Shown one piece after another: positions 1-9,414 of a DNA stretch of 64,000 nt. Source of the DNA: Vulcanimicrobiota bacterium (GTDB lineage: Bacteria > Vulcanimicrobiota > Vulcanimicrobiia > Eremiobacterales > Eremiobacteraceae); NCBI GenBank assembly GCA_963805945.1, contig CAWDVP010000004.1, forward strand, positions 1 through 64,000, written 5' to 3'. The notes below the pieces were generated by a model. The model made no database searches and was not told where the DNA came from. It saw nothing but the letters and a program-made list of their open reading frames with translations. The position numbers were made by a program, and so were the translations under genes. How positions within the stretch are numbered: position 1 is the stretch's first letter; each line of letters opens with the position of its first letter.

Positions 1-22
1 CGAGCCCGCACCGCGAGCCGTC

Positions 23-922
23 GTGCCGAAACGGCGCCACAGTCTGCTGGAGCGGCTCGCGCATTTCCGCTACGATCCCGCCCTGCTCGTGCTGTTCGCC
101 GCTTTGGCGGCGCTGCTGCTCTTCGCGACGGTGTTCTTCCACAACGCGCTCGGACTGCGCATCTATGACGCGTTCTATTTCGTGATGTCGACGGCGACGA
201 CGACCGGCTTCGGCGATGTCACCCTGCTGCGCTCCAGCGACGCAGCCAAGGCGGTCGGCGTGCTCGTCATGTTCGGCGGCATCGCGATCACCGGCACGCT
301 CTTAGCCTATCTGACGGCGGCGATCACGCGCCGCTCGTTCGAGTTCGCGCAGGGGCGCCACGCGGTGACGGGCCGCGGCCACATGGTCGTCGCCGGTTTC
401 GGCAACGTCGGCGCACGCGTGGCTCAATATCTTCTCCACGCGGGTCAGCGGCTCGTCGTCATCGACCGCAAGCCCGAGGGATCGCCCGCCGCCGAGGTGC
501 GCGCGCAGGGCGCGCACGTGATGACCGCCGATGCGACGAGCGAATCCGCGCAGGAGATGGCCCGGGTCGTCACCGCGAGCGGGCTGCTCGCCGTCACCGA
601 CAGCGATAGCGCCAACCTCGAGATCGGTCTGACGGCGCTCGCCTACGCGCCGGGCCTGCCCATCGTCATGCGCATCGCCGATCCCAATATGGCGAAGGCG
701 GTCGAGCGCCACTTCAAGATCCGCGCATCCTACTCGTCGGCAGCGCTCGCCGCGCCGCTCGTCACCGGACTTGCGCTCGAGCCGGGCTCGCGCGGCACGA
801 TCGAGATCGCAGCGCATCAGTGCGCGCTCGTGCAGCGCCCCCGTGGCTCAGCCGTGGCGGATCGCGAGCGCGTCATCGCGCAGGAAGGCGAGGTCGAACT
901 CGTCATTCGAACGCTGCGCTGA
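23..922 (+). CDS. Potassium channel with TrkA-N/RCK domain (probably 5'-truncated by the window edge)
   Basis: TM helices, pore filter motif TTTGFGD and Rossmann motif VAGFGNVG. Confidence 0.85.
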   Translation: MPKRRHSLLERLAHFRYDPALLVLFAALAALLLFATVFFHNALGLRIYDAFYFVMSTATTTGFGDVTLLRSSDAAKAVGVLVMFGGIAITGTLLAYLTAAITRRSFEFAQGRHAVTGRGHMVVAGFGNVGARVAQYLLHAGQRLVVIDRKPEGSPAAEVRAQGAHVMTADATSESAQEMARVVTASGLLAVTDSDSANLEIGLTALAYAPGLPIVMRIADPNMAKAVERHFKIRASYSSAALAAPLVTGLALEPGSRGTIEIAAHQCALVQRPRGSAVADRERVIAQEGEVELVIRTLR

Positions 923-946
923 CGGGCGAATGAATTCGACCGCTAC
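923..946 (-). repeat. REP-like palindrome, family B
   Basis: Minus strand reads GTAG-CGGTCGAA-TTCA-TTCGCCCG; related copies at 14493, 25693, 30154. Confidence 0.75.
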
Positions 947-961
947 ATTTTCGCGGCGTAG

Positions 962-988
962 GTAGGGGCCGATCTTTAGATCGGCCCT
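962..988 (+). repeat. GTAG-type REP palindrome, family A
   Basis: GTAG-GGGCCGATCT-TT-AGATCGGCCC; one of 14 copies in the window. Confidence 0.9.
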
Positions 989-989
989 T

Positions 990-1778
990 TTAGACGAGCG
1001 GCGGCAGAGGTTCGCCGAAACGCAGGACGGCGGTGGCGAAGCCCGCCGGGTCGAGATGCACGATGCGCGCGCCCGGTGGCACGTTGTCGGAGCCGAAGGT
1101 CGCGGCTTTGGGCTTGAATTGGAAGAACGTCGACGGCGCGCTCAGATACTTCGTGTCGCCGCGCATCTCCGACGCCTCCTGATGCACGTGGCCGTAGAGC
1201 ACCGCACTCACCTGGCTCGCCGCGTCGAGCACCGGCAGCAGCTCGTCCGCGTCGGCGATCGTCATCGTGTCCAGCCAAGGCGAGCCGACCGGCACCGGAT
1301 TGTGATGGACGATCACCATCGTCGGAACGGTGCGCTTTTGCGCGAGCGACGCCTGCAGCCACGCGATCTGGTCCTTGCCGAGCGCGCCCCAATCCTGATC
1401 GGGGACCGAGCTGTCGAGCAGCAAGAAGCGCCAGCCCTCGGCCTCGAACTCCTGGGTCAGCTTGTCGCCGTTTTGGAGGCTGCGCCCGGCGAGCAGCCGC
1501 GCCATGCGGGCGGCGTCGTCATGGTTGCCGGGCAGGTAGTAGGCCGGCGCGCCGAGGCGCTGCAGCTTGCCCGCCAGCCGGAGATAGGATGCTTCGCTGC
1601 CGTCGGCGGAGCAGTCGCCCGAGACGAGCACGAAGCTCGGGGTGCCTTCGAGCTGGGCAAGCGCGTCGATCGCGCCGTCGAGCGCCAGATCGGGCGCGAC
1701 GCCCCACAGCTTGCTCGCCGCATCCTCGAATAGGTGCGTATCGGAGATCTGGATGAAGAACGGCGGCGGCACTTGCAT
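990..1778 (-). CDS. cpdA: Calcineurin-like metallophosphoesterase, CpdA/Icc-like cyclic nucleotide phosphodiesterase
   Basis: Motifs ISDTH, SGD, PGNHD, HH, GHVH; start reassigned to ATG at 1778. Confidence 0.8.
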   Translation of the reverse strand: MQVPPPFFIQISDTHLFEDAASKLWGVAPDLALDGAIDALAQLEGTPSFVLVSGDCSADGSEASYLRLAGKLQRLGAPAYYLPGNHDDAARMARLLAGRSLQNGDKLTQEFEAEGWRFLLLDSSVPDQDWGALGKDQIAWLQASLAQKRTVPTMVIVHHNPVPVGSPWLDTMTIADADELLPVLDAASQVSAVLYGHVHQEASEMRGDTKYLSAPSTFFQFKPKAATFGSDNVPPGARIVHLDPAGFATAVLRFGEPLPPLV

Positions 1779-1990
1779 GAATCTAAGCCTGACTTCTAGC
1801 GAACTCGGCCTCTGCCGTGTTGCGCCGTGGGACGGGTGCAGTCCTGCCCTCACAGCTCCTTTTGAGATGCCCGACAACAGGGAGCCGCTCGGCCCCCCGA
1901 CGAAAAATCGCGCCACGGACCAACCACGCCCGGCGCGCGCGTCCGACTTGCGGTCCGGTCGGCTGGCACCGACCGATTCAGGAGGCGCTG

Positions 1991-2389
1991 GTGAGTGTAC
2001 CCATCGAGCCCGAACACGTTCTGCTCGAATTCTACACGATTTGTTCGTTCCACCCCGATAAAGAACCGGCATCGCAAGCAGTACCCCTCTTCGTTTTGGG
2101 GTTCCGGGAAGGCAGCGAGCCGGTTTTTGTTTGGCTCATCGACAAGAACCATTTCGACGGTTCGCGGCTGACCAAGGACGCCTACTGGCAGCACGCGCTC
2201 AACAACCTTGAAGAGTACATGCAGAAGAAACTCGCCAAGTGCGTCGCCGAAGAGGGCGGAGTGCACGCCGGCATCGAGCTGCTTGTCTCCACCTATCAGA
2301 CCCAGCTGCGCTTCTCGCCACTGACCCCGGTGGCGGATCACCCGTTCGGGTTGCGCAAAGGCGCACCGCCTCTGTCCGCAGTCTCCTAA
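1991..2389 (+). CDS. Hypothetical protein (132 aa), weak DUF3037-like resemblance
   Basis: GGAGG Shine-Dalgarno at 1981, GTG start, globular composition. Confidence 0.6.
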   Translation: MSVPIEPEHVLLEFYTICSFHPDKEPASQAVPLFVLGFREGSEPVFVWLIDKNHFDGSRLTKDAYWQHALNNLEEYMQKKLAKCVAEEGGVHAGIELLVSTYQTQLRFSPLTPVADHPFGLRKGAPPLSAVS

Positions 2390-2402
2390 CGAGAAAGCAC
2401 AT

Positions 2403-2429
2403 GTAGGGGCCGACCTGTAGGTCGGCCCT
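2403..2429 (+). repeat. REP family A
   Basis: GTAG-GGGCCGACCT-GT-AGGTCGGCCC. Confidence 0.9.
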
Positions 2430-2477
2430 TCGCTTTGTGGCGGCTTTTCGACCGCATGTGTCGTATATCAAGCGGTC

Positions 2478-3566
2478 ATGCTTCACGACACCCGTCCGCG
2501 TCCCCAGCGCGTCATCATCACCGGCGTCGACACCGGCGACGATCGGCTGCTGTTCGAGGTCGAACTCGACGAGCTCGAGGCGCTGGCGCGCGCGGCGGGC
2601 ACGGAGGTCGTCGCACGGATGGTGCAGCGCAGGCCAAAGGTCGACGCTTCGACGCTCGTCGGCGCCGGCAAGGCCGAGGAGCTGGCGACCGCGGTCCGCG
2701 AGCAGGGCGCCGACGGCCTCATCGTGCTCAACGCGCTGCGGCCGCGTCAGCGGACCGCGCTCGAGAAGATCCTCGGCGGCGATCTCTTCGTGCTGGATCG
2801 CAACGTGGTCATCCTCGACATCTTCGCGCGCCATGCCCGCACCGCAGAAGGCAAGCTGCAGGTCGAGCTCGCGCAGCTGCGCCATCGAGCGGCAAATCTG
2901 ATCGGTTCGGGCGATGCGCTCTCGCGGCTCGGCGGCGGCATCGGCACGCGTGGCCCCGGTGAGACCAAGCTTGAAGTCGATCGCCGCCACATCCGCTCGC
3001 GCATCTCGCTGCTCGAGGGGCAGCTCGATCAAGTCCGCGTCCGCCGGCGCGAACAGCGCCGTACCCGCGAAGGCACGCCCGTCATCGCGCTCGTCGGTTA
3101 CACCAACGCCGGCAAGTCGTCGCTGCTCAACGCGCTCACCGGCGCGAAGGCGTTCGTGGCGGATCAGCCGTTCGCGACGCTCGATCCCACGCTGCGCAGC
3201 ATCCATCTCGAAGACAGCGCGCCTGCGATCCTCGCCGATACGGTCGGCTTCATCAGCGATCTTCCCAAGGAGCTGGTCGCCGCCTTTCGCGCCACCCTCG
3301 AAGAGGTCACCGACGCGACGCTGCTGCTGCATGTCGTCGATGTGAGCAATCCGTTCTGGCAGCGGCAGCGCGAGGCGGTCGAAGCGGTCCTAGCGCAGCT
3401 CGGCGCCGGCGACAAGCCGACGATCATCGCGTGGAACAAGACCGACATCGCCGATGATTCGCCCCATGACGGGGGCATCATCGTCTCGGCGAAGACGGGC
3501 GCCGGACTGCCGGAGCTCAAGCGTCTGCTTGCGGCGAGGTTGCGGGAGATCGCGTCGGCCGACTAG
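2478..3566 (+). CDS. hflX: Ribosome-associated GTPase HflX
   Basis: LDIFARHARTAEGKLQVELAQ, GPGETKLE, GYTNAGKSS, DTVGF, NKTD. Confidence 0.97.
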   Translation: MLHDTRPRPQRVIITGVDTGDDRLLFEVELDELEALARAAGTEVVARMVQRRPKVDASTLVGAGKAEELATAVREQGADGLIVLNALRPRQRTALEKILGGDLFVLDRNVVILDIFARHARTAEGKLQVELAQLRHRAANLIGSGDALSRLGGGIGTRGPGETKLEVDRRHIRSRISLLEGQLDQVRVRRREQRRTREGTPVIALVGYTNAGKSSLLNALTGAKAFVADQPFATLDPTLRSIHLEDSAPAILADTVGFISDLPKELVAAFRATLEEVTDATLLLHVVDVSNPFWQRQREAVEAVLAQLGAGDKPTIIAWNKTDIADDSPHDGGIIVSAKTGAGLPELKRLLAARLREIASAD

Positions 3567-4063
3567 GGCTTTTGCTCCCGTGCCAGGAGCGCGGCCTTGA
3601 TCTTCGTTCCGGCGCCGCCATACGGCCCGATCCGCCCATCCTTATAGACGACGCGATGACAGGGCACGAGCAGCCACAGCGGGTTGCGCGCCATGACGCT
3701 TGCGGCCGCACGGATGGCGAGCGGCCGGCGCGCCGCGCGTGCGAGCCACGAATAAGGCCGGGTCTCGCCCCACGGGATCTCGCGCGCCGCGAACAGCACG
3801 TCGCGTTCGAAATCGCGCGCCCAGGTGAGATCGATCGGGACGTCGTCTGCGCCGGGTCGCTTGGCGGCCGTGGTCAGAGCCTTCCTTATCGCGGCGGGCA
3901 CGGGCTTCTCCACCGCGTGCAGTTTCAACCGCTTCTCGAGGTGCGCTTTGGCCTGCACGCCTTCATCGTCGACGAATGCGACACCGGCGTTCGTCCACGC
4001 CACGCGCAGGCGCTCGCCGCCGACGCGCACCACCCCGGTCGAGCACACGCCGCGCCACGCCAC
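3563..4063 (-). CDS. ogt: Methylated-DNA--protein-cysteine methyltransferase
   Basis: IPWGETRPY and active site VPCHRV. Confidence 0.9.
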   Translation of the reverse strand: MAWRGVCSTGVVRVGGERLRVAWTNAGVAFVDDEGVQAKAHLEKRLKLHAVEKPVPAAIRKALTTAAKRPGADDVPIDLTWARDFERDVLFAAREIPWGETRPYSWLARAARRPLAIRAAASVMARNPLWLLVPCHRVVYKDGRIGPYGGAGTKIKAALLAREQKP

Positions 4064-4068
4064 GGGCG

Positions 4069-5232
4069 TTAGCGGCCGTACTTGTGCATGATCTGCAGCA
4101 GCCGGTCGTGCGGCAGCGCGTAGGCGGTGTTGCCGTCGCGTCCGGTCATCGTCGTCGCGGCGAGCATGGCGTTGATGATCGCCTCGTTGGTCGCGTCGAT
4201 CGTCGCGGCGAACAACGGATTGATGTAGTCACGGTCGAGCGCCGTCGCGGTGTACGTGCGCGACGTGCCTGCATAGGGCACGATGTTCGCGGTCGAAAAG
4301 GCGATGATGAGGTCGCCGCTGCCCTCGCGCGACGAGCCGCCGGTGCGCGCGTAGCCGAGCGCCACGCGCTTGCACATCTCGAGCAGCTGGTCGTGCAATA
4401 GCGGCGCATCGGTGGCGAGCACCATGATGATCGAGCCCTCGCTCGTCTTCGGCTCGAGCACCTGAAGGTCTTGGATCTCCGCGCCCACCGGCACGCCGGC
4501 GACGGAGAAGTCCTGGCGGCGCCCGTAGGTGTTGATGTTGATGAGGATGCCCACGGTGTAGCCGCCATCGGCGGCGGGCAGCACGCGCGATGCGGTGCCG
4601 ATGCCGCCCTTGAACGCGTAGGCGACCGAGCCCGTGCCGGCGCCGACGTCGCCCTGCGCGACCGGGCCGGAGACCGCGGCATCGAGCGCCGCGCCGGCGA
4701 CGGCGGGCGTGTTGTGGCGCCCTGCCTGGTCGTTGAGGAAGTCGTCGTTGATCTCCGCGACGATCGGCAGCGGCACGTCCTCTTTGTTCCCGATCTGCGG
4801 ATACTGCTTGATCATCCAGGAGATCACGCCGTCATCGACCCTGCCGACAGAGAGCGTGTCGGTGAGCACGATCGGCACCTCGAGCCAGCCCGATTCGTTG
4901 ACCCACAGCGTGCCCGTCATCTCGCCGTTGCCGTTGAGCGGCCACGCCGCCGCGAACATGCGGTTGTGCCACACGTCGGTGCGCGGGATGATGGCGGTGA
5001 CGCCGGTGCGTATCGGCCCGACGCCCGGCACGAGTTTGCCCTGGCCCTCGATGCGCGTCACTTGGCCGACGCGCACGCCGGCGACGTCGGTGATAGCGTC
5101 GTTCGGGCCGTTCGGCAGCGTGCCGATGTGGATGCCGAGCGCGGGGGCCTTGATGAACGGCCCGCTTGCTTGGAGCGCGGGAGCGGCGGTGACAACGGCG
5201 ACGAGCGAGGCGACAAGCGCGGCGTACAGCAT
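4069..5232 (-). CDS. Secreted DmpA-like L-aminopeptidase/D-esterase (P1 family)
   Basis: NDAITDVAGVRVG, GDVGAGTG, KGGIGTASR, autocleavage EGSII; signal peptide from ATG 5232. Confidence 0.9.
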   Translation of the reverse strand: MLYAALVASLVAVVTAAPALQASGPFIKAPALGIHIGTLPNGPNDAITDVAGVRVGQVTRIEGQGKLVPGVGPIRTGVTAIIPRTDVWHNRMFAAAWPLNGNGEMTGTLWVNESGWLEVPIVLTDTLSVGRVDDGVISWMIKQYPQIGNKEDVPLPIVAEINDDFLNDQAGRHNTPAVAGAALDAAVSGPVAQGDVGAGTGSVAYAFKGGIGTASRVLPAADGGYTVGILININTYGRRQDFSVAGVPVGAEIQDLQVLEPKTSEGSIIMVLATDAPLLHDQLLEMCKRVALGYARTGGSSREGSGDLIIAFSTANIVPYAGTSRTYTATALDRDYINPLFAATIDATNEAIINAMLAATTMTGRDGNTAYALPHDRLLQIMHKYGR

Positions 5233-5308
5233 GGGCTTCGCTTCGGTGCGCGCTCGGGCCGCCCTTCGACATAGGATGCGCGACGGCCGGTGCGCAAGAA
5301 CGCCCGCC

Positions 5309-6499
5309 ATGCAGCGCATCCCCCGCGTCCGGTTCATCGCCGGCGGGTTAGCGGCGTCGGCGGCGGCCGGGCTCGCTTCGCGCACGCTCGCAAGCACCAC
5401 GCGCAACGTCGCGCTGCCGCTCACCATGCGCGTGAAGCTCTTCTCCGGCCTCGAGCTCACGCGCGTGGACCTGGCCGGCAGCGTGCCGCTGTCCATCGCG
5501 ATCGGCGCCGACCAGCGCACCATGTCGGCCTTCACGCTCGACGCGGTCTCGGGCACGCTTTCCGGCGACGGCGCGAGCGCCAGCGTCGGCAACACCGAAG
5601 TCATCGTCCGTTCGCAGGCGCCGATCACGCTCACCGCGACCGGCCCCGCGGGCGTGCTCGACAAGCGCACGTATAACGGCACGCTCTCGATCCACCGCAT
5701 CGGCACCGGCCTGCAGGTCATCAACACGGTCGACGTCGAGTCGTACGTCGCTTCGACGCTCGCCTCCGAGCTGAGCCCGGGCTGGCCGGCCGAGTCGATC
5801 AAGGCGCAGGCGATCCTCGCGCGCACCTACGGCGTGCGCTTCGCCATCCACAACACCAGCCGCGCGTACGACGTCACCGACGACACCGCGAACCAGGTGT
5901 ACCACGGCCTAGCCGGCGTCACGCCGCCATTCGTGAGCGCGGCGTCCATCACGGCCGGCGTGATGCTGCGCAGCCTTGGCGCGCCCGCGGACGTCTTCTA
6001 CTCCTCCACGTGCGGCGGGCACACGGCGGGCTCATTCGAGCTGACGGGCGTGCCGGGGCCAGCTTACCTCAACGGCGTCTCCGACGCCGATCCGACCGGC
6101 CGCCCGTACTGCACCAAGTCGCAATTCTTCGCCTGGGAGAACTCGGTCGCCGCCGATGCGCTCGCGCGTGTCGTGGACGTCTCCGATATCGCGGACGTCG
6201 CAATCAAGGACCGCTATCCGGACGGGCGCGTGTGGACGATCCGTTTCGTGAGCTACGAACGGGGCAGCATCGATCTGAGCGGGTATCGCTTCTACACGCG
6301 CTGCGGCGCCGTGCTCGGCTACAAGGTGCTGCCGAGCACCATGTTCGAGGTGAAGGCCACGACGGCCGGATGGACGTTCACCGGCCACGGGCTGGGCCAC
6401 GGCGTCGGCATGTGCCAGTGGGGCGCACGCGGCCGCGCGGAGGCCGGTCAGACGGCGGAGCAGATCCTCGCGGCCTATTTCCCCGGCACGGCGATGTGA
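5309..6499 (+). CDS. SpoIID/LytB-domain lytic transglycosylase
   Basis: SELSPGWPAESIKAQAILARTY, YSSTCGGHT, GHGVGMCQWGA. Confidence 0.92.
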   Translation: MQRIPRVRFIAGGLAASAAAGLASRTLASTTRNVALPLTMRVKLFSGLELTRVDLAGSVPLSIAIGADQRTMSAFTLDAVSGTLSGDGASASVGNTEVIVRSQAPITLTATGPAGVLDKRTYNGTLSIHRIGTGLQVINTVDVESYVASTLASELSPGWPAESIKAQAILARTYGVRFAIHNTSRAYDVTDDTANQVYHGLAGVTPPFVSAASITAGVMLRSLGAPADVFYSSTCGGHTAGSFELTGVPGPAYLNGVSDADPTGRPYCTKSQFFAWENSVAADALARVVDVSDIADVAIKDRYPDGRVWTIRFVSYERGSIDLSGYRFYTRCGAVLGYKVLPSTMFEVKATTAGWTFTGHGLGHGVGMCQWGARGRAEAGQTAEQILAAYFPGTAM

Positions 6500-6500
6500 A

Positions 6501-7661
6501 CTAGCGGGCGCTGTTCGGCCCGCCGACCGTCAAAGCGTCAAACCCTTCTGGTACAAAAACCTCGCCGCCGTTATTGATCGTCACGCTCTGGCCTTCGTAG
6601 ACCAAGTACACCGTGTGCGGGAAGGGCGGATTCACCACGGTCAGCTTCGATGCCGGCAGCGTCACGGTGGTGAAGGCTTTTATCGCGCCTCCCGACTTTG
6701 GGTTTGCCGCCCGGACGGCTTCCGTGAGCGGGATCGCCCCGATGCTCGACGTCAGACGCACGCGATAGCGTTGGCCGTTGCCCACGTCGTCGATGAGTAG
6801 CGGGTACGCGCCTGGCTGGAAGCCGCTGATCGCGACTTTATGGTGCGACGCGTAGCTCAAGGTCAGTTTGATGTTGCCGTTCTTATCCGGCATGCTCGCT
6901 TTGACGTCGTAGCGGCGATACTCGATGACGAAGTAGGTTCGCGCCTTGAGCTTGTCGATGAGTCCCTTGGCCGTGATTGTGGATGGATCGATGACGGTGC
7001 TGCTCGCCGCCTTGGGGCCTAAGTCCGCCGCGAATTCGGATAACTCGAGGAAGTCCGTGGGCGAGGGCTGCGTCGGGTCCTTCATGTTCGGCTGCAACTT
7101 GTCGGCCCAGCGCTCGTATTGCCATTCCAGCTGATTGAGCGGCTTCGCGCCGGCGACGAGGCTGTTCGCGGTGATCTTGTTGAAGGTGACGGCCCGTCCG
7201 CCGACGGTCACGCCGCGCGGCAGGTTTGCCAGCGCCGCGTTCTCGACGGTCGTGAGCGAGGTGATGTAGCAACCGTTGCCCATGATGTTGTTCGCGAAGT
7301 CGTTCGGAAGATAGGGCGTCGGCCCGATCGAGAACTGAGGCTCGGACCACATGATCTTGCCGCGGTTGGCGCCGCTCTTCACCATGTACTTGGTCGAGTA
7401 GGAGGCCAGCGGCGCGAGCAGCGCCGGATTTGTCTGCAGGAGCAGCGGCATGTGGTTGACCATGCAATGGTCGAGCGTCTTGTCCGTGCAGACCAAGTCG
7501 CCCGACTTGACCGGAAATGCTTTCGGCGGCGTGTGCGGTGTGCCGAACCCAGGTTTGGTGGGGACGTAGCGGATGATGAAGCCGTTCGGTCCTGGCTGCA
7601 CCGTGAGCGCTGCCACGTTCAAGAGGGCGGCCAAGAGGACCACGCTTAAACGCATCAACAT
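6501..7661 (-). CDS. Secreted protein, possible papain-fold (C39-like) cysteine peptidase
   Basis: Signal peptide; GCYITSL, HKVAISG and LIDD in an order fitting a Cys-His-Asp triad. Confidence 0.55.
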   Translation of the reverse strand: MLMRLSVVLLAALLNVAALTVQPGPNGFIIRYVPTKPGFGTPHTPPKAFPVKSGDLVCTDKTLDHCMVNHMPLLLQTNPALLAPLASYSTKYMVKSGANRGKIMWSEPQFSIGPTPYLPNDFANNIMGNGCYITSLTTVENAALANLPRGVTVGGRAVTFNKITANSLVAGAKPLNQLEWQYERWADKLQPNMKDPTQPSPTDFLELSEFAADLGPKAASSTVIDPSTITAKGLIDKLKARTYFVIEYRRYDVKASMPDKNGNIKLTLSYASHHKVAISGFQPGAYPLLIDDVGNGQRYRVRLTSSIGAIPLTEAVRAANPKSGGAIKAFTTVTLPASKLTVVNPPFPHTVYLVYEGQSVTINNGGEVFVPEGFDALTVGGPNSAR

Positions 7662-7744
7662 TCCGATAGTCTCCGATCAGTGAGTGCGCTAGAAGCGACG
7701 CCTTCCATGAACGCATCGTGCTGGTCGAACGTTCCAGCGTTGGT

Positions 7745-8335
7745 TCAGAGCAAGTCCTTTGCGGCCGCGGGTGATGCGATCTCGAGGCGCTCCATCCCCG
7801 CTGGGAACGTTTGCGGATACGCTTTTAGATAGCGCTTGGATAGGATAGCGAGATACTCGAAGTTCTCGTAGATGGCGGGCTGACCGGTCGCCACGCGATA
7901 CATCGCGGTGAGGGACGCCAGATTATCCCAATACGAGCCGACGATCCAGCAATAGATGTCCATGATCAGGTGCTCGTCCAGAATCCCGTTCTTCACCATC
8001 GATCCGATGTTCTCGAACGTGTTCCCGATGAGGTTCGCCGATTCGCGGACTCTCTGGTATCGTTCATCCGTCTTCGATTGGACCTCATGCCGCACCAAGG
8101 CGATCTCGAAACGGCAATAGAGCGGATCGGCGAGCATAGCGGGCAGCTCTTCTCTGACGACCACCTCGGCTCGTCGGAAGTCCACGCTATCGAGCTCGTT
8201 CCGCACGGCGAGCAGTGCGGTGATCTGGTTCGCCGCGCGCAGGTGCTTGAGTTGCACGATCGCGGCGATCGCCGTCGCGGCGATGACCGCGGCGGTGACG
8301 AGGGTCGCGATGGTGCTCACGAGCTCGAGGGACAT
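7745..8335 (-). CDS. Membrane-anchored hypothetical protein, DUF4760-like
   Basis: N-terminal TM helix, FENIGSMVKNGILD, YENFEYLA; GGAGG upstream. Confidence 0.65.
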   Translation of the reverse strand: MSLELVSTIATLVTAAVIAATAIAAIVQLKHLRAANQITALLAVRNELDSVDFRRAEVVVREELPAMLADPLYCRFEIALVRHEVQSKTDERYQRVRESANLIGNTFENIGSMVKNGILDEHLIMDIYCWIVGSYWDNLASLTAMYRVATGQPAIYENFEYLAILSKRYLKAYPQTFPAGMERLEIASPAAAKDLL

Positions 8336-8363
8336 GCATGCCTCCTAGTGACGGTATCGCGAA

Positions 8364-9317
8364 TTACAGCGACGCGCGGCCGCTCGCATCTTCCCACCAC
8401 TCACGCTTGGGCGACCAGCGGCCGAACCAGTACACGAGCGATTGCCAGCGGCCGAATTCGGCGAAGCGCTTGCGGATCTGCTTCTCGGTCGGCCGTTTGC
8501 CACGGAACAGCGCACGCTTGGCATAGGCGTATGTGGCGCTGTCGACCGAGATATGATCATAATGCCCGAGCAGGTTCATCAGGAAGTGCGCCGACGACTT
8601 GCCGACCCCCTTGAGCGCCGTGAGCTTCTTGAACAACACCAGCGAGTCGTCCGAGGCCGATTGCGCGTCAAGCGCGTCGAAGTCGAGCGCACCTGATTTC
8701 TGCGCGTGCGCGAGCTCGAGGATGTACGGCGCTCGATAGCCCGCACGCACCACGTCTCGGAAATGCTTCTCGCCCGCGCGCGTCACCCGGCCGGGCGACG
8801 GCCACGCTCTCATCGTCGGGTCGCCTGGGAAGGGCTCGCCGAGATCGGCGACGCGGTTGATCATCACGACCGCTTGCTTCCACAAGACGTTGGTGCCGAG
8901 GATGGTTTTGATGACGTCTTCCCATAGGTAGGGCGCACGCATGACCCGGCCAGCGCCCCACTTCACCACGTGCGCCAGTTCGGGGCGCTCGCGGGCGAGC
9001 TTGTAGAACCCGCGCAGATCCTCATCGAGATGAAGCATGATCGCGGCGCGCCGCGCCATCTCTTCGGCGACGCCCGGATCTGCGGCGCGCTCCCCCGTCA
9101 CGTGGATGACCGCGTCGCGATAGCCTGGCTTGCTCGAAGGCTCGTCCGTCATCTCGAGCAGCACGACGCTGCCGTCCATGAGCTGCTCGGCGCGCTGCAA
9201 CACGCCGCGCTTGCCATCCCAGCGAAAAGGCATGGTCTGGTACCAGCCGTGCGAGATCGCGGTGGCGAAGACGGAGAACGGTTTGCGGACCGGAACTCTA
9301 ACGGTTCGTTCGGTCAT
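8364..9317 (-). CDS. HhH-GPD DNA glycosylase (AlkA/Ogg-like)
   Basis: GYRA, helix-hairpin-helix LKGVGKSSA, catalytic Asp in SVDS. Confidence 0.85.
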   Translation of the reverse strand: MTERTVRVPVRKPFSVFATAISHGWYQTMPFRWDGKRGVLQRAEQLMDGSVVLLEMTDEPSSKPGYRDAVIHVTGERAADPGVAEEMARRAAIMLHLDEDLRGFYKLARERPELAHVVKWGAGRVMRAPYLWEDVIKTILGTNVLWKQAVVMINRVADLGEPFPGDPTMRAWPSPGRVTRAGEKHFRDVVRAGYRAPYILELAHAQKSGALDFDALDAQSASDDSLVLFKKLTALKGVGKSSAHFLMNLLGHYDHISVDSATYAYAKRALFRGKRPTEKQIRKRFAEFGRWQSLVYWFGRWSPKREWWEDASGRASL

Positions 9318-9414
9318 GTTTGTCGGCGCATCGTGGTGCGGTCGGCTTCGATGCATGCCGCGGTCACCCTGCGCATCGCAGGCGCCACCCGTTGAAGACG
9401 GGAACTAGCCGCGC

